DNA from: an uncultured Planctomycetia bacterium
GTDB lineage: Bacteria > Planctomycetota > MHYJ01 > CAYUME01
Direction of reading: 5' to 3'
Length of the DNA stretch: 36,380 nt
Assembly: GCA_964445475.1 (NCBI GenBank)
Contig: CAYUME010000001.1
Coordinates: forward strand, 1 to 36,380
The translations under genes were made by a program, and so were the position numbers. The notes below the pieces were generated by a model that had not been told where the DNA came from, did not search any database, and saw only the letters and a program-made list of their open reading frames with translations. Positions 1 to 8,465 of this stretch are shown piece after piece. Position 1 is the first letter of the stretch, and the number at the start of each line of letters is the position of its first letter.

Positions 1-799
1 TCCTCGCCGGCTTGAACGGGACCCGGGTGAACGGCCGGGCGTCGGTCCGGTTCGCGAACCATGCGAGCGAGCCGGCCGCCCCCGCGTCCTCCTGCAGCCA
101 AGCCGCCTCGTCGGGGAAGTCGCGGAGGAGCGCCTCCCAATGCGCGGGCGGCGGCGGCGTCTCGCCGGTCGTCACCTGGAACCGGACCGAGCCGTTGGCG
201 CGGTCCCGGTCTTCCCCGCACCAGGCCTCGAAGCGCGCGTAGGTCCCGTCGAGCGCGTACCGCACCTCGCTCGTCGAGTGGACCCAGATCCCGAACGCGA
301 ACGTCTTGTCGCCGACGCGGAGCGGGTGGTCCTGCCAGTTCTTGTCGACGAGGAGCTGGCCCCAGCCGACGCGCACGGAGACGGGCCTGAGGGCCGTCAG
401 TCGGGTCTTCCGGCCGTCCGTCCCGACGAGCGTCGGCTCGCCCCAGATGTTGCAGTTGGCGGTCCCCTCGAGGGTCTCGGCGCGGAGGCAGAGGCTCTTC
501 AGGCCCGTGACGTCGAGCGAGACGCGCACCGCCGGGCCGTCGCCGCGGACCGGGCCGCTGTCCCACGGGGGGACCCCCTCCACCGTTGCCTTCGCCGCCT
601 TCCCTTCCGGCGACCGGAGGAACCGCTCGCGCGTGGCCGTCATGGTCTCCAGCCACGTGTCGCTCTTGACGTAGGCGGTGGAGGCCGTGCGGCTGTCGGC
701 CTCCGTGCCGCGCGGGGCGAGGAGCGCGACGGTCCCGGCGAGGAGCCCGAAGGCGAGCCCCACGACGACGGCGCGCCGGAGACAGGTGATCGGTCTCAT
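1..799 (-). CDS. NPCBM/NEW2-domain secreted protein (3' end runs off the left window edge)
   Basis: Absent from the ORF track because no stop lies in the window. Manual minus-strand translation starts at the ATG (complement of 797-799), which is preceded by GGAGGA. It reads MRPITCLRRAVVVGLAFGLLAG... (signal-like) and stays open to position 1. It contains KTFAFGIWVHSTSEVRYALDGTYARFEAWCGEDRDRANGSVRFQV, a pattern typical of NPCBM carbohydrate-binding modules. Confidence 0.7.
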   Translation of the reverse strand, partial: MRPITCLRRAVVVGLAFGLLAGTVALLAPRGTEADSRTASTAYVKSDTWLETMTATRERFLRSPEGKAAKATVEGVPPWDSGPVRGDGPAVRVSLDVTGLKSLCLRAETLEGTANCNIWGEPTLVGTDGRKTRLTALRPVSVRVGWGQLLVDKNWQDHPLRVGDKTFAFGIWVHSTSEVRYALDGTYARFEAWCGEDRDRANGSVRFQVTTGETPPPPAHWEALLRDFPDEAAWLQEDAGAAGSLAWFANRTDARPFTRVPFKPAR

Positions 800-888
800 C
801 GGGTTCCTCCTTCCGGGCCGCGGGGGGCGTCGATTCCGCGGTCGGTCGCTTCAGGAAATACCATTATTGTGGCGACCGGGTCCTATTT

Positions 889-2385
889 CTACTGTATTCC
901 GCCCCGGGCGGCCGCGAGTGCCGGGTAGAGCCGCTGGTAGCGCGCGAAGGCCCCGGCGTACGCCGCCGTCCGCTCCGGGCGCGGCGCGACCGTCCGGACG
1001 GGGCCCGCCACGCGGCGCTGCGCCTCGTCCAGGTCCCGGTAGACCCCGACGCCGACGCCGGCCAGCATCGCCGCGCCGAGGAGCGTGGCGTCGGCAACCT
1101 CCGGGACGTCGACGGGGAGGCCCGTCACGTCGGCCCGGTTCTGGACCCAGAAGGCGTTCTTCGCCCCGCCGCCGCCGGCGGCGACGCGGGCGAAGCGGAC
1201 GCCGAGGCCGGCCTGCAGGGCCTCGAGGATGTCGCGGAACTGGAAGTTGATCCCCTCGACGACCGCCTGGAGGAGGTCGTCGCGCGTCGTGGCGGCGCCG
1301 ATCCCGCTGAAGGCGCCCCGGGCGTCGGCGTCGGCGACGGGGCAGGCGGCGCCCGCGAGGTGCGGGAGGAAGAGGAGGCCGCCGGCGCCGGGCGGGGCGT
1401 CCGCGCGCGCCGCGTCGCCGTCCCCCTCCGCCGCCCCCGTGAGGCGCCGGAACCAGTCGAGGCACTCGCCGGCCATCGTGCCGCACCAGGCGGCATGGAC
1501 GCCGGGGGCGACGTGGGCCTGCATGCAGACCGACGCGTCGCGGACCGCGGGGGTGAGGACCGGCTCGGCGACCGCCGTGACAAGGTTGTCCCAGGTGCCG
1601 ATCACGTTCATGACCGTGCCGGGGCGATGCGCGCCGACGGGGAGCGTGCCGCAGAGGTGGTCCTGGCCGCCGAGGACGACGGGCGTCCCCTCCGGGAGGC
1701 CGGTCCGCGCGGCGGCCGCGGCGGAGACCGCGCCGAGGCGCGTCCCGCTCGGCTTCAGCGCCGGCAGGAGGGCCTTCGGGACCTTTGCCGCGGCCAGGAG
1801 CTCCTCCGACCAGTCCCGCCGCCGCTGGTCGAGGAGCAGGAAACAGGAGGCCATGCTGTAGTCGGTGGCGCGCGCGCCGCAGAGGCGGAAGTTGAGGAAG
1901 TCCTCGATGAGGAGCCACGTGGCCGTCCGGGCGAGGATCGCCGGCTCGTGCTCGCGCATCCAGAGGATGCGCATGACGGCCTCGAAGTGCCAGACCGGGA
2001 GGCCGGCGACCGCGAAGGTCTTCTCCGCCCCCACCGTCTTCCGCCACCACGCGGCCTGCGGGACGGTGCGGGGGTCGTGCCAGCTGATGAAGGGGTAGAG
2101 GACGTTCCCGCCCGCGTCGACCGGGACGCCGTCCATGCCCATGCCGGTGACGGCGACGGCGCGGATGCGCCTCGGGTCGTCGAGGCGGGCGACGGCCTCG
2201 CGGCAGGCGTCGGCGGCGCCGCCCCAGATCTGCTCGGGATCCCAGACGACCCAGTCGGGGTGCGCGGGGTCGGGCCGGACCTGCTCGGTGGGGCGGCCGG
2301 CGACGGCGAGGGGGCGCCCGCCGGCGTCGAAGATCCCCGCCTTCAGGCTGGTCGAGCCGAGGTCGATGGCCGCCAGGCAGTCCAT
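889..2385 (-). CDS. FGGY-family carbohydrate kinase (xylulo-/rhamnulo-/fuculokinase-like)
   Basis: This is ORF 889..2454 trimmed to the internal ATG at 2385. It has MDCLAAIDLGSTSLKAGIFD (the N-terminal FGGY phosphate motif), GGQDHLCG and a C-terminal GGGAKNAFWVQNRADVTG motif. The sugar specificity cannot be called. Confidence 0.9.
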   Translation of the reverse strand: MDCLAAIDLGSTSLKAGIFDAGGRPLAVAGRPTEQVRPDPAHPDWVVWDPEQIWGGAADACREAVARLDDPRRIRAVAVTGMGMDGVPVDAGGNVLYPFISWHDPRTVPQAAWWRKTVGAEKTFAVAGLPVWHFEAVMRILWMREHEPAILARTATWLLIEDFLNFRLCGARATDYSMASCFLLLDQRRRDWSEELLAAAKVPKALLPALKPSGTRLGAVSAAAAARTGLPEGTPVVLGGQDHLCGTLPVGAHRPGTVMNVIGTWDNLVTAVAEPVLTPAVRDASVCMQAHVAPGVHAAWCGTMAGECLDWFRRLTGAAEGDGDAARADAPPGAGGLLFLPHLAGAACPVADADARGAFSGIGAATTRDDLLQAVVEGINFQFRDILEALQAGLGVRFARVAAGGGGAKNAFWVQNRADVTGLPVDVPEVADATLLGAAMLAGVGVGVYRDLDEAQRRVAGPVRTVAPRPERTAAYAGAFARYQRLYPALAAARGGIQ

Positions 2386-2488
2386 CGCGTGCTCCCCGAT
2401 AGGACGGAGAAGGCCGCAACAACGCCATGACGCCAAGGAGTCCGCCAAGATCATCCCGTCCGGGCGTCTTGACTTGGTGCCTTGGCGG

Positions 2489-3556
2489 TTATTTCTTCGC
2501 CTCCGCCTGCGCCTTTCCGTGCAGGTAGTTGCCCGTCGTCAGGACGCTCACGCCGGCGACGAGGACGAGGATGCCGGCGGCGATCCAGGCCACGCTCCGC
2601 CGGCTGGCGCCCTTCCACTCGCCGGTCAGGAAGCCGTTGACGTTCCCGACGATGATGGCGAAGGACATGAAGACGGCGTAGCCGACCGCGACGCCGAGCG
2701 CTCCGAGCATCGGGGCGCCGACGAGGAAACAGAGGAGGGCGCCGTCGTGCAGCGACGCCATGAGGAGCGCCAAGACGAGGACCCGCCCGATCCCCGGCCT
2801 CCGGAACGAGCCCCACGTGCGGTTCGCGCAGAGCTTGTAGACGCAGTACCCGCAGGCGGAGAGCGTCCCGCCCCAGAGGATCAGGGCGCAGACCACGAAG
2901 GCGGACCGCCAGCCGGTGTCGAACGCCGCTTTCGATGCCGCGGCCACGTCGTCGCCGAAACTGGCCGCGATGCCGAAGCAGGCACAGAGGATGCCCGAGG
3001 CCAGCGCGATCGCGAGTCCCTTCCCCAGGCTCGGCCTGCCGCGGGAGGACTCGGCGGTATCGGGCGCCCGCCCCGCCTTCTGGCTTGCCTCCTTCAGCAG
3101 GGCCGCGCGCCCGCAGACCACGACCCCGACGAGGCAGACGGCGACGCCGGCGGTGATGACGGCGCCGTGCGGGGTGAAGAGCTGGTCGGGATTGTGGATC
3201 AGCAGGGGCCCCAGGCCGCCGGTGGCGATCTGGGCGCCGTAGTTGATGGCGTAGGCGAGCGAGAGGCCGATGAAGGCGAAGCTGAGCCCGAGCGCCATCG
3301 AGCCGAGGCCCCAGAGGAAGCCGAAAAGGACGGGGCCCGCCACCGCCGCCCAGTCTGCCGCCGCGCAGGTGGCGAAGAGCCCGTCCGCGATCAGCGGGAA
3401 GACCGCGGTGGGGATGAGCACGGTCACGAAGAGGAAAAACGGCCCCCAGAGCGTCTCCCAGGGCGTGTCCTTCCCGGCGAACTTGGAGGGCAGCCCGAAG
3501 CACCCGCCGCAGATCGCGCCGAGCAGCAGCAGTCCCATGCCGAGCGCGGTGTCCAT
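2489..3556 (-). CDS. rhaT: L-rhamnose/H+ symporter family (RhaT-like) sugar transporter
   Basis: ORF 2489..3592 trimmed to the ATG at 3556 (MDTALGMGLLLLGAICGG). It is a polytopic hydrophobic protein of about 355 aa. It has LWGLGSMALGLSFAFIGLSLAYAI and a C-terminal GEWKGA segment resembling RhaT. It sits next to a sugar kinase. Confidence 0.75.
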   Translation of the reverse strand: MDTALGMGLLLLGAICGGCFGLPSKFAGKDTPWETLWGPFFLFVTVLIPTAVFPLIADGLFATCAAADWAAVAGPVLFGFLWGLGSMALGLSFAFIGLSLAYAINYGAQIATGGLGPLLIHNPDQLFTPHGAVITAGVAVCLVGVVVCGRAALLKEASQKAGRAPDTAESSRGRPSLGKGLAIALASGILCACFGIAASFGDDVAAASKAAFDTGWRSAFVVCALILWGGTLSACGYCVYKLCANRTWGSFRRPGIGRVLVLALLMASLHDGALLCFLVGAPMLGALGVAVGYAVFMSFAIIVGNVNGFLTGEWKGASRRSVAWIAAGILVLVAGVSVLTTGNYLHGKAQAEAKK

Positions 3557-3629
3557 GGCGGGCCTTTCAATCGGGGCGCCCTGGCGGTTCAACCTCGCGC
3601 CGCCTTCGCGCGCGTCGTGTCCTTCGCGG

Positions 3630-4697
3630 TCAGGAGGCCTTCATGCCTTTCGTGATCGGCGCGGCGGCCACGTCTTCGCGCGCGTCGCGGCCCCCCTCCC
3701 GCCGGAGCGTCTCCAGCATCGCCCGGTAGTTCCCCGGCTTGACCCCCCGGTGGATCGTGTTGCTCGACGAGAGGATGAAGCCGGAAGGGCCGCCCTGCCG
3801 GAGGCACTCCCGGACGGCCGCCGCCACCTCCGCCTCCGTCCCGTCCTGCAGGACGCCCGCGCAGTCGACGTTCCCCTTCAGGCAGATCCGGTCCCCGTAG
3901 GCCACCTTCATCGCGCCCAGGTCCATGCCGCCGCGCGGATCGATCGGGTCCAGGCAGTCGATGCCGCACGCGACCCAGAAGTCGACCAGCGGCCGGACGT
4001 CCCCGTCGGAGTGCTTGACGACGAGACAGCCGAGATCCTTGTAGCCCCGCACGACCCGCCGGAAGGCGGGGGCGATGGCGTCGAAGTACATGGCCGGGGA
4101 GACGAGGAGCCCCTTCCCGTTGGCCACGTCGTCCGTCGTGGCGACGATCCCGATCCCGTAGCGGCGGACGGCGACGCGGGCCAGGGCGAGGTTGTACTCG
4201 ACGACGCGGTCGAGGGTCGCCGCGAAGGTCGCGGGGGCGAGCGCGAGCTGCATCAGCGCCGTCTCGTAGCCGAGCAGGTCGCGCATGTCGGAGAAGCCGT
4301 CGCGGAGGTTGAGGACGACGGCGCGGCGGCCGCCGGCGGCGCGGAGGGCCCGCTCGAGCGTCGCGAAGCGGTGCGGCGCCTCCGGGTCGGGGAAGCCGAC
4401 GTCCTCGGGGCGGGTGTCCTCCTTCAGCGGGCTCTCCGTCACGCACGGGATGCAGTCGCCTGTCTCCGCCCGCGTCACGCCCCACTCGTCCACGAACGTG
4501 GTCTTGTCGACGGGCCGCCGGCTGTAGTCGGGCCGGACGTTGATCCCGTCGAGGTCGAGGGCGCAGGCGGCGTCGACGGGGTCCGCCGTGCCGGCCAGCG
4601 CCCGGCAGACGGAGGCGTCGAGGAACCACTCGAAGGTGGGGACGCGGTCGGGTGTCCCGCGCCGCAGGGCCGTGAGGATGCGCTCTTTTCCGGTCAT
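3630..4697 (-). CDS. Uroporphyrinogen decarboxylase (URO-D) superfamily protein, MtaA/CmuA-like
   Basis: ORF 3630..4901 trimmed to the ATG at 4697 (MTGKERILTALRRGTPDRVP). The layout is typical of URO-D family proteins, including a C-terminal GGPSGFILSSSNTIHRGVKPGNYRAML segment. No heme-pathway genes are nearby. Confidence 0.75.
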   Translation of the reverse strand: MTGKERILTALRRGTPDRVPTFEWFLDASVCRALAGTADPVDAACALDLDGINVRPDYSRRPVDKTTFVDEWGVTRAETGDCIPCVTESPLKEDTRPEDVGFPDPEAPHRFATLERALRAAGGRRAVVLNLRDGFSDMRDLLGYETALMQLALAPATFAATLDRVVEYNLALARVAVRRYGIGIVATTDDVANGKGLLVSPAMYFDAIAPAFRRVVRGYKDLGCLVVKHSDGDVRPLVDFWVACGIDCLDPIDPRGGMDLGAMKVAYGDRICLKGNVDCAGVLQDGTEAEVAAAVRECLRQGGPSGFILSSSNTIHRGVKPGNYRAMLETLRREGGRDAREDVAAAPITKGMKAS

Positions 4698-4795
4698 CGG
4701 GTCTTCCGGGGGAATGGGAGGGTGGCTGCCGGTCCGTCGTCCAAGCCTAGCGCATCGGCCGCCGGCAGGGAATGGCCAAAACGGGGATTCGCATG

Positions 4796-4801
4796 TATAA
4801 T
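4796..4801 (+). promoter_or_regulatory. TATAAT -10 box upstream of the AraC gene (possible leaderless transcript)
   Basis: A perfect TATAAT stands out in a GC-rich background. A weak -35 (TGGCCA, 4773-4778) lies 17 nt upstream. The ATG at 4810 is only 8 nt downstream of the -10 box. Confidence 0.35.
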
Positions 4802-4809
4802 CCTTGGAT

Positions 4810-5619
4810 ATGGACGAATACCTCGCGCACGTCGAGGTCCAGATGCTGGAGTCGCGGGTCTCGAACCTGACGCCCGCGTACTGGCGCCGGGAGGGGGACA
4901 ACCGCCCGTACGGACGGATCTATTACGTGAAGCGCGGCGGCGGGTTCATCCGGCCGTACGGCCGGGACGTCCGTCTCGTGCCGGGCCGCGTCTACCTCGT
5001 GCCGCCCCGCGGCGATTTCGCATACGGGTGCACCGAGGACATGCAGATTTGGTGGATGCATTTCGCCGCCACCCTCTTCGGCTTCGTCGACCTCTTCGAC
5101 TACCTGCCGTACGACGTCGAGCGGGTGCCGGAGGACCGGAAGCGCCTGGAGCGGCGGATGGGGCGGCTGCTGGAGGCGGCGAAGAGCGGGCGGCCCGCGG
5201 ACCAGCTGGAGGGGACGGGGATCCTGCTGCAGCTGATCGCGCCTTTCTTCCGGAAGCCGGAGGCCCCGCTCACGGCCCGGCAGGAGGGGATCCGGCGGTT
5301 CCTGCCGGTGCTGCGGCACATCGACGAGAACCTGGGGCGGCGGATCTCCGTCGCCGACCTGGCCCGGATCGCCAGTTATGAGAAGTCCCATTTCTCGACG
5401 CTCTTCACGAAGACCTTCGGCCTCTCCCCCTGGAAGTACGTGGTCCGGAAGCGGATCGAGCGGGTCCAGCTGGCACTGCAGCGGTCGGACGCCAAGCTGG
5501 AGAACCTGGCCGAGGCGTTCGGCTTCCAGGACGCCTTCCACCTCTCCCGGGCGTTCAAGCGGGAGACGGGGCTGCCGCCGCGGGAGTTCCGGAAGGTCAA
5601 GCGGGAATGGGGTCCCTAG
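4810..5619 (+). CDS. AraC/XylS-family transcriptional regulator
   Basis: It has an N-terminal cupin-like sensor and a C-terminal double HTH (ISVADLARIASYEKSHFSTLFTKTFGLSPWKYVVRKRIE...AFGFQDAFHLSRAFKRETGLPPREFR). The track's start at 4804 is a TTG; the ATG at 4810 is preferred. Confidence 0.9.
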   Translation: MDEYLAHVEVQMLESRVSNLTPAYWRREGDNRPYGRIYYVKRGGGFIRPYGRDVRLVPGRVYLVPPRGDFAYGCTEDMQIWWMHFAATLFGFVDLFDYLPYDVERVPEDRKRLERRMGRLLEAAKSGRPADQLEGTGILLQLIAPFFRKPEAPLTARQEGIRRFLPVLRHIDENLGRRISVADLARIASYEKSHFSTLFTKTFGLSPWKYVVRKRIERVQLALQRSDAKLENLAEAFGFQDAFHLSRAFKRETGLPPREFRKVKREWGP

Positions 5620-5651
5620 GGATCGACGGCCCTCGAATCAGGAGGCAGACG

Positions 5652-7118
5652 ATGAATCGCCGCGACTTCCTCGCCGGCACGGCGGCCTCCGGCGCCGCCG
5701 CGATCGTCCCCCGGCACGTCCTGGGCGGACCGGGGCGGGTGGCCCCGAACGACAAGGTCACCGTGGCCCACATCGGGATGGGCACCCAGGGCTTCCACGA
5801 GCTCGGGGTCCTGCTCGCCGCCCCCGAGCTGCAGATCGTCGCCGTCTGCGACCCGAACACGGACAGCAGCGACTACGTCGAATGGGGCAAGGGAAGCCTC
5901 CTCCACTGCATCCGCACGCTCCTCGGCCACCCCGGGTGGCGCGCGGGCGAGACGGGGGCGCCCGCCGGGCGCGAGGTGGGACGCGAGGTCGTCGAGACCT
6001 ACTACGCGACGAAGCGCGACGCCGACCGATTCAAGGGGGTCGCGACCTACGCCGACTTCCGCGAGCTGCTGGAGACGGCGCGGGACGTGGACGCCGTGAA
6101 GATCATGACGCCCGACCACCTGCACGCGACCGTCGCCGTCGCCGCCCTGAAGAAGGGCAAGCACGTCGCCATGCACAAGCCCATCGCGAACCGGCTGGCC
6201 GAGGGGCGACGGGTCCTCGAGACGGCCCGCCAGGCGGCCGGCCAGACGCACCTGCAGGCCTACGGCTCGGGGGCGGCCAACGGGCTGATCGCCCAGCAGA
6301 TCCGGGCGGGCGCCATCGGCGCGCTCCGGGAGATCCACAACTGGACGAACCGGCCGGTCTGGCCCCAGTACACGGAGATCCCCGCGGACCGTCCGCCCGT
6401 GCCGAAAGGATTCGACTGGAGCCTGTGGCTCGGCCCCGCCCTCGACCGCCCCTACCACCCGCGCTACACGCACACCGTCTTCCGCGGCTGGTACGACTTC
6501 GGCGGCGGATCCATGGCCGACATGGGGATCTACAGCCTCTGGCCGGTCTTCACCGCGCTGGAGCTGGACGCCCCGCTCAGCGCCCAGGCCTGGGCGACGC
6601 ACACCTGCGCGATCGTGGACGGCGTCAGCCGGCCGGTCGTCAATGATTTCGCCTATCCGGCCGCCTGCGCCTTGCGGTTCCAGTTCGCGGCGAAGGGCGA
6701 CCGGCCCGCCGTCGAGCTTTTCTGGTACGACGGCGGCATGAAGCCGCGACTGCCCGAGATCCTGGAGTCGCAGGGCGTCGGGATGGACCGCGAGGGGATC
6801 CTGTTCGTCGGGGATGCCGGAGCGATCCTGGCGGACTTCCTGGGACGGAACCCGCGGCTCTTCACGCGGGGGAAGAACGAGCCGCTGCCGCTCGGGGAGC
6901 GCCCCGGGAGCAACGGGCTGCTGATGGCCTTCAAGGGGCAGCCCTCGCCGGGAAGCTTCCTTAGCACAGGCCCGATCACGGACACCGTCAACCTCGGCAC
7001 CGTGGCCCTGCGGGCGGGGAAGAAGGTCCTCTTCGACAGCGCCGCCCTGAAGATCACCAATGACGCCGGCGCGAACCGGCACCTGACCCGCGACTACCGG
7101 GCGGGCTGGGAGCTGTGA
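5652..7118 (+). CDS. Gfo/Idh/MocA-family NAD(P)-dependent oxidoreductase with twin-arginine signal (GH109-like architecture)
   Basis: The ATG at 5652 is preceded by AGGAGG. MNRRDFLAGTAASGAAAIV is a TAT motif and VAHIGMGTQG is a Rossmann fingerprint. TAT-signal Gfo/Idh/MocA proteins include NAD-dependent glycosidases (GH109). Confidence 0.85.
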   Translation: MNRRDFLAGTAASGAAAIVPRHVLGGPGRVAPNDKVTVAHIGMGTQGFHELGVLLAAPELQIVAVCDPNTDSSDYVEWGKGSLLHCIRTLLGHPGWRAGETGAPAGREVGREVVETYYATKRDADRFKGVATYADFRELLETARDVDAVKIMTPDHLHATVAVAALKKGKHVAMHKPIANRLAEGRRVLETARQAAGQTHLQAYGSGAANGLIAQQIRAGAIGALREIHNWTNRPVWPQYTEIPADRPPVPKGFDWSLWLGPALDRPYHPRYTHTVFRGWYDFGGGSMADMGIYSLWPVFTALELDAPLSAQAWATHTCAIVDGVSRPVVNDFAYPAACALRFQFAAKGDRPAVELFWYDGGMKPRLPEILESQGVGMDREGILFVGDAGAILADFLGRNPRLFTRGKNEPLPLGERPGSNGLLMAFKGQPSPGSFLSTGPITDTVNLGTVALRAGKKVLFDSAALKITNDAGANRHLTRDYRAGWEL

Positions 7119-7154
7119 CGCCGGCATCCGGGTCGGATCCCGGACCGCGGCCCG

Positions 7155-7196
7155 CAAACAAAACGGGGGCGGAGGGCCCGCCGGCCCTCCGCCCCC
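7155..7196 (-). terminator. Rho-independent terminator of the EF-hand gene
   Basis: A perfect 14-bp stem (GGGGGCGGAGGGCC at 7165-7178, GGCCCTCCGCCCCC at 7183-7196) closes a 4-nt loop. On the minus-strand RNA it is followed by GUUUUGUUUG (complement of 7155-7164). Confidence 0.7.
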
Positions 7197-7218
7197 GATG
7201 TCGCGCCCGTCCGGTCCG

Positions 7219-7551
7219 CTACTCGTTCGGCTTCTCCGCCGGCGCGGCCTGCCCCTGCTCCTTCTTCTTCTTGCCGCCGCCCTTCTTCTTGCCTCCCCCG
7301 GCCTTCAGCGCCTCCTCGATCTCCTGCGCCGACAGCAGGCCGTCCCCGTCCTTGTCGTGCTTCTTGATGACCTTCCCCACCTCCTTGGCGTCGATCTTCC
7401 CGTCGCCGTCGGCATCGAAGAGCGCGAGGATCTTTTCCGCGGTGACGAGCTCCGGGGACTTCTGATCGGCGGGGGCGTCCTGGGAGAACCCGGCGAGCGT
7501 CCCCCCGAAGACGAACGCCGCCAGCGCGCACGCCATGACTGCGACCTTCAT
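7219..7551 (-). CDS. Secreted EF-hand calcium-binding protein with Lys/Gly-rich tail
   Basis: It has a signal peptide (MKVAVMACALAAFVFGGTLAG) and two canonical EF loops (DADGDGKIDAKE and DKDGDGLLSAQE). The C-terminus is GGGKKKGGGKKKKEQ. Confidence 0.85.
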   Translation of the reverse strand: MKVAVMACALAAFVFGGTLAGFSQDAPADQKSPELVTAEKILALFDADGDGKIDAKEVGKVIKKHDKDGDGLLSAQEIEEALKAGGGKKKGGGKKKKEQGQAAPAEKPNE

Positions 7552-7998
7552 GTCTGGGCTCCGGTCGTTGGGCCGCGGGCTCCGGGCCTGCGGGGATTGG
7601 TTGCGTGAACAGCCACATCGTCGTGCCGGAGCGATCCGGGGGGCCCGCGCTCGGGAAGGAAGGCGAGGGGCGGGGAGACCGACCGGGCGGCGTCCTCAGC
7701 CCTCCGGTTCGGAAGGCCGCCCCCGACCGGCGTGTGCCGGTCCGGGATTGACGTCGTCTGCAGGTTGCCGGTCTTCACGGGGTGGCGGGCGGACGGCCCG
7801 ACCTGTCGGATCGCACGGGCACGGCAAACGGCCTTCTTCAGAACCCCCGGAGGGGACCGAAGTTTCTGCCATTTACAGTGCGTCGGCACGCCCGGTGCAT
7901 ACGCGCGATCGGCGGACGCGCGAGCGGGCGCGACGTGCGCCCCGCGGGGTTGTCGTCCCAGGACGCCGCCTCCGCGTCGAAGTCCCGCCGGTCGTCGC

Positions 7999-8436
7999 TC
8001 ACGGGGCCTCCTCCCCGGCCGCCTTCAGCCGCTTCAGCGCCCCGTGGTACTTGGCCATGCGGGCGAGATCCTTCTCGGTGACCGACGGGATCTCCGCCAG
8101 GTTCATGTTGTCCTCCAGGTCCGCGATCTTGACCCGGCGGGCCAGGGGGTGGGCGGCGATGCGGTCGAGGTAGGCGTCGTAGGCGGCGCCATCGCCCTTC
8201 GTCAGCAGACCGACCGCCTCGACGACCCGCGCGGAGAAGCCCTTCGCCCGCAGGTCGTCCCGCGTCACCGGCGTGTCCTCGATCACGTCGTGCAGGATCG
8301 CCACGATCCGCTCCTCGTCCGTGGCCATCCGCAGCATCACCCGGAAGGGGTGCAGCAGGTACGGCAACCCGTTCTTGCGGGTCTGCCCGTGATGGGCATT
8401 GGCCGCGAGGAGGATGGCGGTTTGGAGATCGGACAT
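7999..8436 (-). CDS. HD-domain protein, RelA/SpoT-type (p)ppGpp-hydrolase-like (small alarmone hydrolase-like)
   Basis: It occupies the C-terminal 145 aa of ORF 7999..10086, starting at the ATG at 8436. It has AHHGQTRKNGLPYLLHP and ILHDVIEDT, the SpoT-type HD signature. Confidence 0.8.
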   Translation of the reverse strand: MSDLQTAILLAANAHHGQTRKNGLPYLLHPFRVMLRMATDEERIVAILHDVIEDTPVTRDDLRAKGFSARVVEAVGLLTKGDGAAYDAYLDRIAAHPLARRVKIADLEDNMNLAEIPSVTEKDLARMAKYHGALKRLKAAGEEAP

Positions 8437-8465
8437 GGCGTGCCCCCGGGTTTGGAACGGGCTGC

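Noticed and set aside
7690-7775. Resemblance to SRP (4.5S) RNA: GGTTCGGAAGG...GCGTGTGCCGG...CTGCAGG compared with E. coli GGUCCGGAAGGAAGCAGCC...GCGUGUGCCGGG...GGCAGG.
   Set aside because: The conserved domain IV core (GGAAGCAGCC pairing with the 3' side) is absent. The flanks do not fold into the long helix expected of an SRP RNA. The similarity is limited to short GC-rich words.
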